Assembly: GCA_039588275.1 (NCBI GenBank)
Contig: JBDHAC010000052.1
Location: forward strand, 1-26,594
Length of the DNA: 26,594 nucleotides
Direction of reading: 5' to 3'
Source of the DNA: Gemmatimonadota bacterium
GTDB lineage: Bacteria; Gemmatimonadota; Gemmatimonadetes; Palauibacterales; Palauibacteraceae
Shown here: in pieces, positions 17,019 through 25,261 of the stretch
How positions within the stretch are numbered: position 1 is the first letter of the stretch
Layout of the letters: every line of letters begins with the position of its first letter
Made by a program: the position numbers and the translations under genes
Notes under the pieces: generated by a model
The model's input: the letters and a program-made list of their open reading frames with translations, nothing else
The model's database searches: none
Told to the model about the DNA's origin: nothing

Positions 17019-17783
17019 TCAAGGGTCGCGACGACGCTGTTGCAGCAGCCACTCCCATAGCGCTGGGTCCTCGTACGTCTGCGTCCAGGCGTCGTGGCCG
17101 ACCCCTGGGTAGATAGTCAGCTCGACCTCGTTCCCGCACCCTTCGAGCTGCCGTGCCACCTCTCGGGAGAGCCGGGCCGGAACCACTTCATCGAGCTCGC
17201 CGTGAAACACGCGGATCGGGACCCCCATGAACGGGCACCACCCGAGCAGAGCGGAGGCCTCGCCGCCGCTGATCGCGACGATCGCGGCGAACAGATCGGG
17301 GTGGTCGGCCGCGAGGTCGAAGGCGCCGAAGGCTCCCATGCTGAGACCCGTGAGGTAGACGCGCTCGCGGTCCACCCGAAGCTCCGACATGAGGTGCTCC
17401 AGAAGTCGGTACAGCGATCGCGCCGACCACCACCCGCCCTCGGCCTGCTGTGGCGACACGACGATGAACGGGAACGCTTCGCCTGACTCGATCAGCTTGG
17501 GTGGGCCGTGGATGGCCACGAGCCCGAGGTCGCTCCCGCGCTCGCCGGCCCCGTGAAGGAACAACAACAGGGGCCAGGTCTCCCGGGATTCGCCGTAACC
17601 GTCAGGCAGATACAGCAGGTAGCGGATCTCCTCGGTGCTGGTGAGCCGCTGCCCCTGATGGCGTTCGATCCCGCTCTGGACGACGAGCGGCGCGCATGCG
17701 AGCGCCGGGATCCATGAGGCCAAAGCCATCCCGGTGATTAGCCGCAGGCACCGCGGGTGCAACCCCGGGTATCGCGGCCTCAT
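17019..17783 (-). CDS. Exported alpha/beta hydrolase (predicted peptidase/esterase, COG4099-like)
   Basis: YLLYLPDGY, PLLLFLHGAGERG, GLSMG nucleophile, FHGELDEVVP, GHDAW; TGATG overlap; possible lipobox ALAC. Confidence 0.87.
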   Translation of the reverse strand: MRPRYPGLHPRCLRLITGMALASWIPALACAPLVVQSGIERHQGQRLTSTEEIRYLLYLPDGYGESRETWPLLLFLHGAGERGSDLGLVAIHGPPKLIESGEAFPFIVVSPQQAEGGWWSARSLYRLLEHLMSELRVDRERVYLTGLSMGAFGAFDLAADHPDLFAAIVAISGGEASALLGWCPFMGVPIRVFHGELDEVVPARLSREVARQLEGCGNEVELTIYPGVGHDAWTQTYEDPALWEWLLQQRRRDP

Positions 17784-18283
17784 CAAGGTGTTTCCGGCAG
17801 CGGACTCGACCAGTGCAGGTCGCGCAGCCGCCATCCCATGGGCGTGTGCACCGCCAGGCCCGTGAAGTAGCCCCGGAAGCGCAGCTCGCTCCCCGCAGTG
17901 TCCGTGAGCACCTCGCGATATGAGGCGCCCAGCACGGCGGCTCCTGGAGAGAGCGGATCAACCCGCATGTCTTCCCAGACGAGCTCCATGTCCGCGATCC
18001 CGGGTGCGAAGCCGCGCACGAAGCTCGTGGCAGAGTCGATGCTCGGGAACACGAGATTCCCGTCTGACGCCATGAAGAACTCAGGGCCATCGAGGAAGTA
18101 CGACAGCCACGCCGTCGGGCCGTCTCGTTCCAGATCACGGGCGATCGCCGCGGCCATATCGCTGACGCTGTCCTGGATGGCGGCGGCGTGAGCCGGGTCG
18201 AGCGAATCCGGGACGGCGTTCTGGCAGGCGAGCAGCGACAGCAGAGCGGCCGAGACCAGCGCGAGGCGAACCGAGAACCGCAT
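17783..18283 (-). CDS. NTF2/SnoaL-like (DUF4440-type) lipoprotein
   Basis: Signal MRFSVRLALVSAALLSLLAC; VDPLSPGAAV; GWRLRDLHWS C-terminus; GGAGGAG RBS. Confidence 0.72.
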   Translation of the reverse strand: MRFSVRLALVSAALLSLLACQNAVPDSLDPAHAAAIQDSVSDMAAAIARDLERDGPTAWLSYFLDGPEFFMASDGNLVFPSIDSATSFVRGFAPGIADMELVWEDMRVDPLSPGAAVLGASYREVLTDTAGSELRFRGYFTGLAVHTPMGWRLRDLHWSSPLPETP

Positions 18284-18299
18284 CAAGAGCTCCTCCGCG

Positions 18300-18869
18300 T
18301 CATGTCGAGCCGCTGCGGTCGGAATGCCCGGAGGTGGAAGCTGGTGGCTTAGGGAAGAACATCGGCACCCGCTTCCGGTACTCGACGTAGCTCGCTCCAA
18401 AGCGTCGCTCGAGCTCGAGCTCTTCCACCCGTTTCAACTCGATCGCGTTCGCGGCCACGAACAGCGGGGTCCAGACGACGACGATCGAGAGAGAATGGAG
18501 AAGAAAGCCGAGCCCGAACAGGCAGGCGAAGGCGCCGGTGAGCATCGGATTACGCGTCCAGGCGTAGAGTCCTGTCACCACTAGCTGGCGCGGCGGATTG
18601 AAGGGAACCGGCGTGCCTTTCGCCTGTGCGAACAGTGCCACGCACGAGCCGCAGAGCAGGAGGCCTGCCGCCAGGAGGACGGTTCCAATCACGGAGCCCG
18701 CGGCGCCGGGCAGCAGGCGCGGCATGCCGACCACGCGGTCCGTCAGCAACCCTGCGAGAACCACCAGGAGCAGCAGGCTCGAGAACACGACGAGTCCGAC
18801 GGGGGTGAGCCACGAGCGCCGACGCGCGGGACCTGTGGCTATCGAGTGGAACAGGTCGACCAGGCTCAT
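18300..18869 (-). CDS. Second ICMT/PEMT-family membrane methyltransferase
   Basis: KGTPVPFNPPRQLVVTGLYAWTRNPM, EELELERRFGASYVEYRKRVPMFFP. Confidence 0.87.
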   Translation of the reverse strand: MSLVDLFHSIATGPARRRSWLTPVGLVVFSSLLLLVVLAGLLTDRVVGMPRLLPGAAGSVIGTVLLAAGLLLCGSCVALFAQAKGTPVPFNPPRQLVVTGLYAWTRNPMLTGAFACLFGLGFLLHSLSIVVVWTPLFVAANAIELKRVEELELERRFGASYVEYRKRVPMFFPKPPASTSGHSDRSGST

Positions 18870-18934
18870 TTGCCCTTCACATCCTCAACGGATCGTTCTC
18901 GCGAGTGACGTCGACAGGAATCGCTGACGAAACG

Positions 18935-19141
18935 CTACTCCGTCGACTCTCCGACCGTCGGCAGCGCATCGAGCACCTTGGTGATCACCTGCTTGCGCTG
19001 TTTGAGCATTGCTCGGAAATCGAAGCTGTCGGTGTCGGCGATCTCCATGCGCAGGTCCGAAAGGTAGCTCTCCAGAACGTGCCGCAGCTCGTCGATCTCG
19101 TCTCCTGTCAAATCTAGATCCAGCACGGTAGCCGTCTCCAT
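18935..19141 (-). CDS. Small helical hypothetical protein
   Basis: Amphipathic LDLTGDEIDELRHVLESYLSDLRMEIADTD..FRAMLK; coding-like codon usage. Confidence 0.65.
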   Translation of the reverse strand: METATVLDLDLTGDEIDELRHVLESYLSDLRMEIADTDSFDFRAMLKQRKQVITKVLDALPTVGESTE

Positions 19142-19213
19142 CGAGTTTCAGCGGTGTGCGAGGGTTGTCCTCAAGGCCCAATTAAGCCCTCTGTCAGCCG
19201 CTCGCAAGACGGC

Positions 19214-19465
19214 TCATTCCGCAGCGTCCTCGCTTTTCAGTGCGGCGAGCAGGAGGAGGATGCCGACCCCACCGATGAACAAGCCGCCTGCTATGGAGAA
19301 CGTGGGTCCGAGCAGGCCGAGTAGACCGACGATACCGATGAGCGACAGCGCCGCGCCGACCACGATTCGATTCTTGCGACGGCCCGAGCGCCACGCGATG
19401 AGGACCGCGGCGAGCGACGAGACGATCAACAGAATCGGTACCACGGACAGCCACAAGCGCATCAT
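19214..19465 (-). CDS. Small 3-TM membrane protein
   Basis: Three hydrophobic segments; starts 1 nt after the upstream stop. Confidence 0.6.
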   Translation of the reverse strand: MMRLWLSVVPILLIVSSLAAVLIAWRSGRRKNRIVVGAALSLIGIVGLLGLLGPTFSIAGGLFIGGVGILLLLAALKSEDAAE

Positions 19466-19466
19466 C

Positions 19467-20243
19467 TCACGCCGCTCCGGATCCCAACTCGCATTGCAGC
19501 AGCTTCCGGAACTTGTTGTCGCTCATGAGCTCGTGCGTGATCAGCCGACCGTGCAGGAAGGCGCCGAACGTGCCGAAGGGAGATGCGGCATCGTGCGCGC
19601 TCTCGACCGTAGTCAGCTCTCTCGTCGTGACTGGCAGGTCGGGCTCGCGTGCCACCGCGGACATGTTGCGGAGACAATCGGAGACGAAGGGGCACTGGTG
19701 CACGTACTCGAAGTGCACCCCTTCGACCTGGGATACCGTTCCCCGCCTCGCTCGAGCGGCGAAGCGGGGCGGGGGGGCATCTTCGGTCGCTCGATAGCAT
19801 ACGAGGTCGAAACCGGTGTCGGTGTGTTCGACGAGATCGAAGCCTTGATGTAGATAGAATCGGGTGTCGGTCAGGTACGGGCGCCGGCCGCTGACCGCGA
19901 CGACGCCCCGACGCTCGCCGACATCGTCGAGGCAGTACTCGAGCAATTCGCGACCCAGCCCCCGGCCCTGATAACGCCCCGATACCCACAGGCAGTGGAT
20001 GACGAGGTAATCCGGGGCCACGACCGGCCGCCAGGCGGCCTCGGCGGGTGCGTATTCGATGAACACCTTGCCGCGCACATCGTATTTTCGGAACACGAGG
20101 CCCTGCTTGAAGCCGCACGACAAGAAGGCCTTCTTCCGGTCCACTCCCTCCTGGTGCTGCTTCCCTGCGATCGCACAGCAGATGTGTTCTCGTTCGATGT
20201 TTGCGGGTGTCAGATTCAGGAACCCGGGCTCAGCGCCGCTCAT
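19467..20243 (-). CDS. YoaP-family GNAT N-acetyltransferase
   Basis: NIEREHICCAI, RGKVFIEYAPAE.AWRP, IHCLWVSG.YQGRGLG, HQCPF, SPFGTFGAFLHG..ITHE. Confidence 0.85.
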   Translation of the reverse strand: MSGAEPGFLNLTPANIEREHICCAIAGKQHQEGVDRKKAFLSCGFKQGLVFRKYDVRGKVFIEYAPAEAAWRPVVAPDYLVIHCLWVSGRYQGRGLGRELLEYCLDDVGERRGVVAVSGRRPYLTDTRFYLHQGFDLVEHTDTGFDLVCYRATEDAPPPRFAARARRGTVSQVEGVHFEYVHQCPFVSDCLRNMSAVAREPDLPVTTRELTTVESAHDAASPFGTFGAFLHGRLITHELMSDNKFRKLLQCELGSGAA

Positions 20244-20250
20244 GTCGCCT

Positions 20251-20838
20251 TCATGACTCCGAGCTCAAGTGTGCGAGCAACGTCTCGCCACGCGGTGACA
20301 GCCGATACCCAATCTCGAGGCTTTCCGTGAGCCCCAGACCCTTGAGCTTTCGGACGTTCGCCTTGAAGCGTTTCGTCTCCTGCCCGACGGTCTCCGCGAG
20401 GTCGGCTGCCCGTACCGCCGGCTTTTGATCAATGAGCTGCAATACCGAAAGCGTCCACGGCCCCGAGGTGCTGGCCGCGTCCCAACGCGCGAGCCGTGAC
20501 CTCAGTTGATCCAACTCTTCGACGGTACGCGGAACCCTGGCCCTGAGCTCGATGCGTGGGTCGGGACCTGCGAGATGAAAGGAGACTCGGTAGACGGTGC
20601 CGTCGGGGCGTGTCGAAAGGGCGGCATGCAGACTCCGGAGATCAGAGTGACCGGCAACCCGCGCATCCTCCTCGGAGATGTCCTCGAGCCCGATCGGCTC
20701 CACGCTGTCGATCGACAGGACGCCGACCGAGGTGGTCAACGTGCCGCCTGTGCGTACGGTGGGTTTTCGCCAGCGCCGGAAGGCCAGCGTGACCTTGCCT
20801 TCAGCTACAGCCGCGAGGGTGGCCTGTTTGAGCAGCAT
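20251..20838 (-). CDS. ASCH-like domain + C-terminal winged-helix protein
   Basis: GKVTLAFRRWRKPTVRTGG, ISEEDARVAG, DPRIELR, FKANVRKLKGLGLTESLEIGYRLSPRG; start set at ATG 20838. Confidence 0.75.
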   Translation of the reverse strand: MLLKQATLAAVAEGKVTLAFRRWRKPTVRTGGTLTTSVGVLSIDSVEPIGLEDISEEDARVAGHSDLRSLHAALSTRPDGTVYRVSFHLAGPDPRIELRARVPRTVEELDQLRSRLARWDAASTSGPWTLSVLQLIDQKPAVRAADLAETVGQETKRFKANVRKLKGLGLTESLEIGYRLSPRGETLLAHLSSES

Positions 20839-20887
20839 CGCGAATCTCGCCCTCGTGGCCGTTTGGAGAGCTGTGCGGCGTGCGCGC

Positions 20888-21064
20888 CTAGGCGTCTCGC
20901 ATTGCGGCCAACACCTGCTCCTGGAGCTCGGGCGTGACCTCATCAATCCCGTGCGCCTTGTGAGCGTGATCGGCAACCATCTCGAGCAGCTCCTCCTCTG
21001 TCTCGGCCCATGCCTCGTAATCGCAATCGAGCCCGACGTCGGCGCAACGGATCTGCTTAGCCAA
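20888..21064 (-). CDS. DUF1059-family small metal-binding protein (58 aa, not in the ORF track)
   Basis: Hand translation MAKQIRCADVGLDCDYEAWAETEEELLEMVADHAHKAHGIDEVTPELQEQVLAAMRDA*; TTG start with a GGGAGG RBS; C-x6-C..H-x4-H. Confidence 0.88.
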   Translation of the reverse strand: MAKQIRCADVGLDCDYEAWAETEEELLEMVADHAHKAHGIDEVTPELQEQVLAAMRDA

Positions 21065-21198
21065 TTCAACCTCCCGGTTCGGGTGTGACCGCCCTCCGTA
21101 CGCTTACTAACAAGAGGAGCCCGGGTCCAGGGCTCGCGCATTCGCGGGGGCGGGCAGGCCGGCCACAGCCAGGCCAGTGGTCGCGATCCGCGCTCTCC

Positions 21199-21792
21199 TC
21201 AGGGGCGGTTAGCGCAGAACCGGCCGCTCGCCTCTTCCCCCTCCACGCTGCCGCTATGCCACTCGCCCGCGAGTCCACCGGCACCAGACTCTCGAACCAT
21301 GAGCGCCATGTAGGTGCCGTCGAAGCGAACCTGACCGCGTCTGTTCGCCTCGGCCCCGAAACGCAGGGTGAGGCCCGGCGGGACGTCGGCCTGACCGGCT
21401 TGGGAGTAGCCGCCGACCCCGGGCGCCCCGGGGTCGGTGCTCCCCAGCTCACCGGCGGCCGCTGCCCCCACCCGATCGAGGTCCACCTCGGCCGAGCCGT
21501 ACAGCGGCATCGACGCGCCGGGTAGCGGCGTGCCGTCCACGTCGGGCACCGCAAGCAGAATCTCACTTTGGGGGAACAGCGTCATCCGGCCGGCTACCGT
21601 TGCACCGACCTCTGGACCGGAAGTCGCATACAGCGTGATCTCGTACTCACCGGTCAGATCGGTCGGGTTGGCGACGCGGTCGCCGACGACACACGCGGCC
21701 CAGGCGACCCACGTGGATCCCGTCCCGGGGCGCCGGATGCAACTGGCGAACGCGACTGAAGCGCACATCAGGGGCAATAGGAAGCGGACCAT
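21199..21792 (-). CDS. Hypothetical exported protein / lipoprotein
   Basis: Signal-like MVRFLLPLMCASVAFASC; beta-rich body (LTGEYEITLYAT, LAGEW, GRFCA). Confidence 0.65.
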   Translation of the reverse strand: MVRFLLPLMCASVAFASCIRRPGTGSTWVAWAACVVGDRVANPTDLTGEYEITLYATSGPEVGATVAGRMTLFPQSEILLAVPDVDGTPLPGASMPLYGSAEVDLDRVGAAAAGELGSTDPGAPGVGGYSQAGQADVPPGLTLRFGAEANRRGQVRFDGTYMALMVRESGAGGLAGEWHSGSVEGEEASGRFCANRP

Positions 21793-21810
21793 GGCAGGAG
21801 TCCGGGCCAC

Positions 21811-23076
21811 CTAGAAGTCCCTGATCAGATCGATGCGGCCGCTCGCGTCGACGCGGTAGAGCGGTCCTTGTAGGATATCGTTGCGGAGCGGCAGCTTGGG
21901 GGATCGCGCGAGCCCCGAAGCGGCGAAGGGCACCGTGTATTCCTCGGCGGCGGTCAAATCCACTTCGTATCCCATGTCACCCAGCGACGCTACGGTGACG
22001 ACGCTGAGCGGGTTCGGTCCGTCGTCGACGAACCCGGTCATCAGCTCCGACCCCATTACGCGCTCGCGCCAATGTACGAAGCGCGTTCCGCCCCCGCCCT
22101 CGTCTTCGACCGGCACCTTCTTGCTCACGAGCGGCTCGCCGCCAGCCGCATCGAAGGCCGCGCGGGCCTGAGGGCCGGTGAAGTGTGGGTCTTCGCCCTG
22201 CGCGCCGCTCGTCTCGGCGACCAGGCCGAGATCATCCCACAGCCCGCCGATCCCCAAAACGTGCCCCATCTCGTGCACGATGATCTCGTCCAATCGGCCG
22301 GCCAACTCGAGGTCGAGGAGATCCTCGGAGTCGAACCGCATTCGGCCGATCAGCGGTAGCCCGTTCGCGCTTCGAATCACACACGGTCCGGCAGAGCCGA
22401 GCACGCCGCCGCGGCCGTCGATAGCGACCACATCGGCCAGAATCAGCAAGTCGTCGATCGTCTCGTCGATGGGCTGCGAGGATCCACAGAATCCGGTGTC
22501 TTCGTTAATCGTGATATCCGTGAGATCGCCGGAGATCACGGCTTGCCAGCGTGCCTCGGCCACGCGGAACGCCTGTTGCTGCTCGGTGGTCGGGTTTCCC
22601 GCATTGAAGCGAACCACGATGTCGTATACGGCGGGCGGAATCGTGCTGACCGCGAAGAAGAAGATGGGGGCGACGCCGTCTACTCGCGCGCGCAGACGGT
22701 GCGTACCCGGGTCGGGACCGAGCGTCCAGCTCCCGGCGTTCGCCAGGCCGTCCACATCCGTCACGGCGGAGGGTCTCGTGACGGTGCCCGCTCCGGCGCC
22801 CGGCTCGAAGCTCACCTCGACCGCGGCAACGGGGTCGCCACGGCCGTCCACCACGCGCACGGTCGGTGATGCGTCCAGGGGGCGCCCGGCGATCCCGGTC
22901 TGGTTCGCGCCCTGAACGACCTCCAGCGCTGCCGGCACGCCGGCCGGCGGCGCCGGAGGCTGGTTACCGCCGTTCGGCTCGGTGGTGCCCCCGCAGGCGG
23001 CGCCGAACAGAGCGGCAAGCACGATCAATTGGGACGCGCGAATCGGGTTCTGATGCGCGTTCATCGGTGACGGCAC
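21811..23076 (-). CDS. Leishmanolysin-like (M8) zinc metallopeptidase lipoprotein with an N-terminal Ig-like domain
   Basis: Lipobox-like FGAAC; Ig-like VRVVDGRGDPVAAVEVSF..TDVDGLA..WTLG; IDGRGGVLGSAGPC, HEMGHVLG, HWRE, ELMTG Met-turn. Confidence 0.88.
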   Translation of the reverse strand: MPSPMNAHQNPIRASQLIVLAALFGAACGGTTEPNGGNQPPAPPAGVPAALEVVQGANQTGIAGRPLDASPTVRVVDGRGDPVAAVEVSFEPGAGAGTVTRPSAVTDVDGLANAGSWTLGPDPGTHRLRARVDGVAPIFFFAVSTIPPAVYDIVVRFNAGNPTTEQQQAFRVAEARWQAVISGDLTDITINEDTGFCGSSQPIDETIDDLLILADVVAIDGRGGVLGSAGPCVIRSANGLPLIGRMRFDSEDLLDLELAGRLDEIIVHEMGHVLGIGGLWDDLGLVAETSGAQGEDPHFTGPQARAAFDAAGGEPLVSKKVPVEDEGGGGTRFVHWRERVMGSELMTGFVDDGPNPLSVVTVASLGDMGYEVDLTAAEEYTVPFAASGLARSPKLPLRNDILQGPLYRVDASGRIDLIRDF

Positions 23077-23195
23077 GACTCCTCATGAAAAAGCCTACGA
23101 TCGGGCTGTTATACACCGGTCGGCGCTCCTGTGCCGCCATCACCCCAATTCACTCACCCGTCTCAAGATCGGAGCAGAGCGGGATGAACCGCACA

Positions 23196-23987
23196 TCAAG
23201 CCTCGCCCGGCTTGGACGCCGTCAACATGACCGCCTTGACCCCGTACGCCTCGGCGGCGTTCTGCGTCGACTCCTTCCGGAATCGGAATCGCGGCACCAC
23301 CGCGGACCGCACCTTCTCGAAACCGGACTCCTCGAGCAGTCTGAACATCTCTCCTTCCAGGAGAGCGCCCCCGATTCAGGCCGCCCACAGCCTGGGATCG
23401 TTCACGATGGATTGTGACAGCTGCTTGGCGCTCACGATATCGGTGATCGATATGCGACCGCCGGGCCTCAGCACCCGAAACATCTCCTCCACGACCTTGC
23501 GCTTCTGGAAGGACAGGTTGATCACGCCGTTCGAGATCACGACGTCGACGCAGGCGTCCGGGAGCGGGATGTCTTCCATGCGGCCCTCGTGGCACTCCAT
23601 CGACGAGCCGCCGGCTGCCGCGTGTGCTTGCGCCTTCAGACACATAGACGGGTTGAGGTCCACGCCGATCACTCTGCCGGTCGGACCCGTGCGCCTGCTC
23701 GCGACGATCGCGTCGAGACCGGCCCCGCTTCCCAGATCGAGTACGGTCTCGCCCGGCTGAATGTCCGCGCGCAGGTGCGGATTTCCCACGCCCGCGAAGG
23801 AGTCGACAGCACCCGGCGGCGCGCGGTCGAGCCACTCCGACGGATACTCGAACAGCTCGGCCGCCTGGCGTCCGTGGTAGAAATGGAACTCACCGGACGG
23901 ATCGTCGGCGACTTCTTGGTACATGCGAATGATCTCGTCCTTGAGCACTTCTTCCAAGGAAGCTTGCGCGGCCGCCGCATCGGTCAT
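23196..23987 (-). CDS. Selenocysteine-containing ArsM/AS3MT-like SAM-dependent methyltransferase (263 aa, Sec204 encoded by TGA at 23378-23376)
   Basis: SFAGVGNP, PGETVLDLGSGAGLD, VVISNGVINL, RVLRPGGR, then LWAA-TGA-IGGALLEGEMFRLLEESGFEKVRSAVVPRFRFRKESTQNAAEAYGVKAVMLTASKPGEA* (stop at 23198-23196). The TGA sits at the Cys of the ArsM W-x-x-C-I-x-G-A motif, and a SECIS-like hairpin follows. Confidence 0.88.
23342..23378 (-). promoter_or_regulatory. Bacterial SECIS element candidate
   Basis: mRNA UGAAUCGGGGGCG-CUCUCCU-GGA-AGGAGAG-AUGUUCA. A perfect 7-bp upper stem (23365-23349) starts at +11 after UGA, with G in the apical loop at +18/19. UGAA can also pair with UUCA as a lower stem. Confidence 0.75.
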
Positions 23988-23989
23988 TG

Positions 23990-24493
23990 TCAGCTCTCCT
24001 CTGATCGCTCTGCCGTGTCCGGGTTGGACTGCTCTATGTGATTCAGGCGCGAGATCCCGCCCCGCCGGCTCATCGCCGACGACTCGACCAACCGGCGGAA
24101 ATCCTCGTCGGAGCCTTCCAGAAATGCCGAGCCGTACCTCTCCAGGTCGGCTCGCAGATGTCGGAAGCCATCGCGCGGATCGTCCGAGAACCCGGGATAC
24201 TCTCGGGGCGCCCTCGATCCTGCCACGGCGTCGACGTATTCCCGGTGGGCCAGCGATACGTGTCCAACGTGGTATCTCACGAGTCCCAGCGAGCGGCGAT
24301 AATGGAGCTCCAGCCTCCGGCTCCCACGCGTGTAATCGGCGCGCGTGTAGTGACCACCGGATCCCCTACCCGCATCCCCGGCCAGGAAGCGGAAGCCGGC
24401 GGCCTCGAGAACGGGGTCGAGCACCTCGCGTCCGAACGCGAGCAGACTCTCAGGATCCGCTTCCCCGCCAGATCGCCCGCCGGGCTGAATCAC
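23990..24493 (-). CDS. Hypothetical protein
   Basis: GTG start overlaps the upstream stop (GTGA); stop lies 2 nt before the ArsM-like ATG; protein-like GRGSGG..RRLELHYRRSLGLVRYH..YPGFSDDP. Confidence 0.65.
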   Translation of the reverse strand: MIQPGGRSGGEADPESLLAFGREVLDPVLEAAGFRFLAGDAGRGSGGHYTRADYTRGSRRLELHYRRSLGLVRYHVGHVSLAHREYVDAVAGSRAPREYPGFSDDPRDGFRHLRADLERYGSAFLEGSDEDFRRLVESSAMSRRGGISRLNHIEQSNPDTAERSEES

Positions 24494-25113
24494 CTGCGGA
24501 AGACGCCGTACACGAACGCCTGCTTGGCTCCCGAAGGCGTCGAATGTAGCTCCTCGGTCGCCTCCAGTAGCGTGAGCTCGGACCCTAGCTCCTCCGCCAG
24601 CGCTTCGGGCGAGTAGCGGACGATGTCCAGCCCACTGCACCTCGGTGGCCCATCGGGCCCGAACGTGGCGACGATGGCGTGGCCGCCGCTGTCCAGGGCG
24701 CTCAACAGACTGCTCACGTACCTGCGGCGGTCCTCCGGATCGGTAAGAAAGTGAAACACCGCCCGGTCGTGCCACACATCCCACCGGTGCGGCAAGTCAA
24801 ACCTCGTCACATCCGCCTCGAACCATTCCACCAATCGCGCCTGCTTGCCGAGCCGATCCTTCACTCGCGCGAGGGCTTCCGAAGCGACGTCGAGGACGCC
24901 AATCGAACGATATCCGAGATCCAGGAGGTGATCCGTCAGGAGCGACGCGCCGCCGCCCACGTCCAGCACACGCTGACTCAGGTCGCCGCGGGTCACCGCC
25001 TGGGTGAGTCGTATCGAGAGCTCCGGGTTCGCTTGATACCAGCTGACCTCGTCCGGCTCTCGCGTTTCGTAGATGGTCTCCCAGTGGGCCTTCCGTTCCT
25101 TCAGGTCGGGCAT
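24490..25113 (-). CDS. Class I SAM-dependent methyltransferase (TPMT/TehB-like)
   Basis: HWETIY..VSWYQ, VLDVGGGAS, WHDRAVFHFL, ATFGPDGPPRCSGL, HSTPSG..QAF; GGAGG RBS. Confidence 0.85.
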   Translation of the reverse strand: MPDLKERKAHWETIYETREPDEVSWYQANPELSIRLTQAVTRGDLSQRVLDVGGGASLLTDHLLDLGYRSIGVLDVASEALARVKDRLGKQARLVEWFEADVTRFDLPHRWDVWHDRAVFHFLTDPEDRRRYVSSLLSALDSGGHAIVATFGPDGPPRCSGLDIVRYSPEALAEELGSELTLLEATEELHSTPSGAKQAFVYGVFRR

Positions 25114-25261
25114 TCGTGCCCTCCTCCGCCAGCTCGCGATCTTCGAGGGTTTCGGCCGGATGGGGATGACGATAATCCTGGATACGATCCGCCGGAACCT
25201 CCGTCGCCGGACACGGGACTATCTGATGTCCGCGTCAGTGGACTCGAGCCCGGCCAGCAGA

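Noticed and set aside
23376..23378. UGA read-through explained by an alternative genetic code (UGA = Trp or Gly)
   Set aside because: Many genes here end at TGA at their expected family C-terminus, often with NTGA coupling (e.g. 13295, 24490, 6340), and Trp is encoded by TGG.
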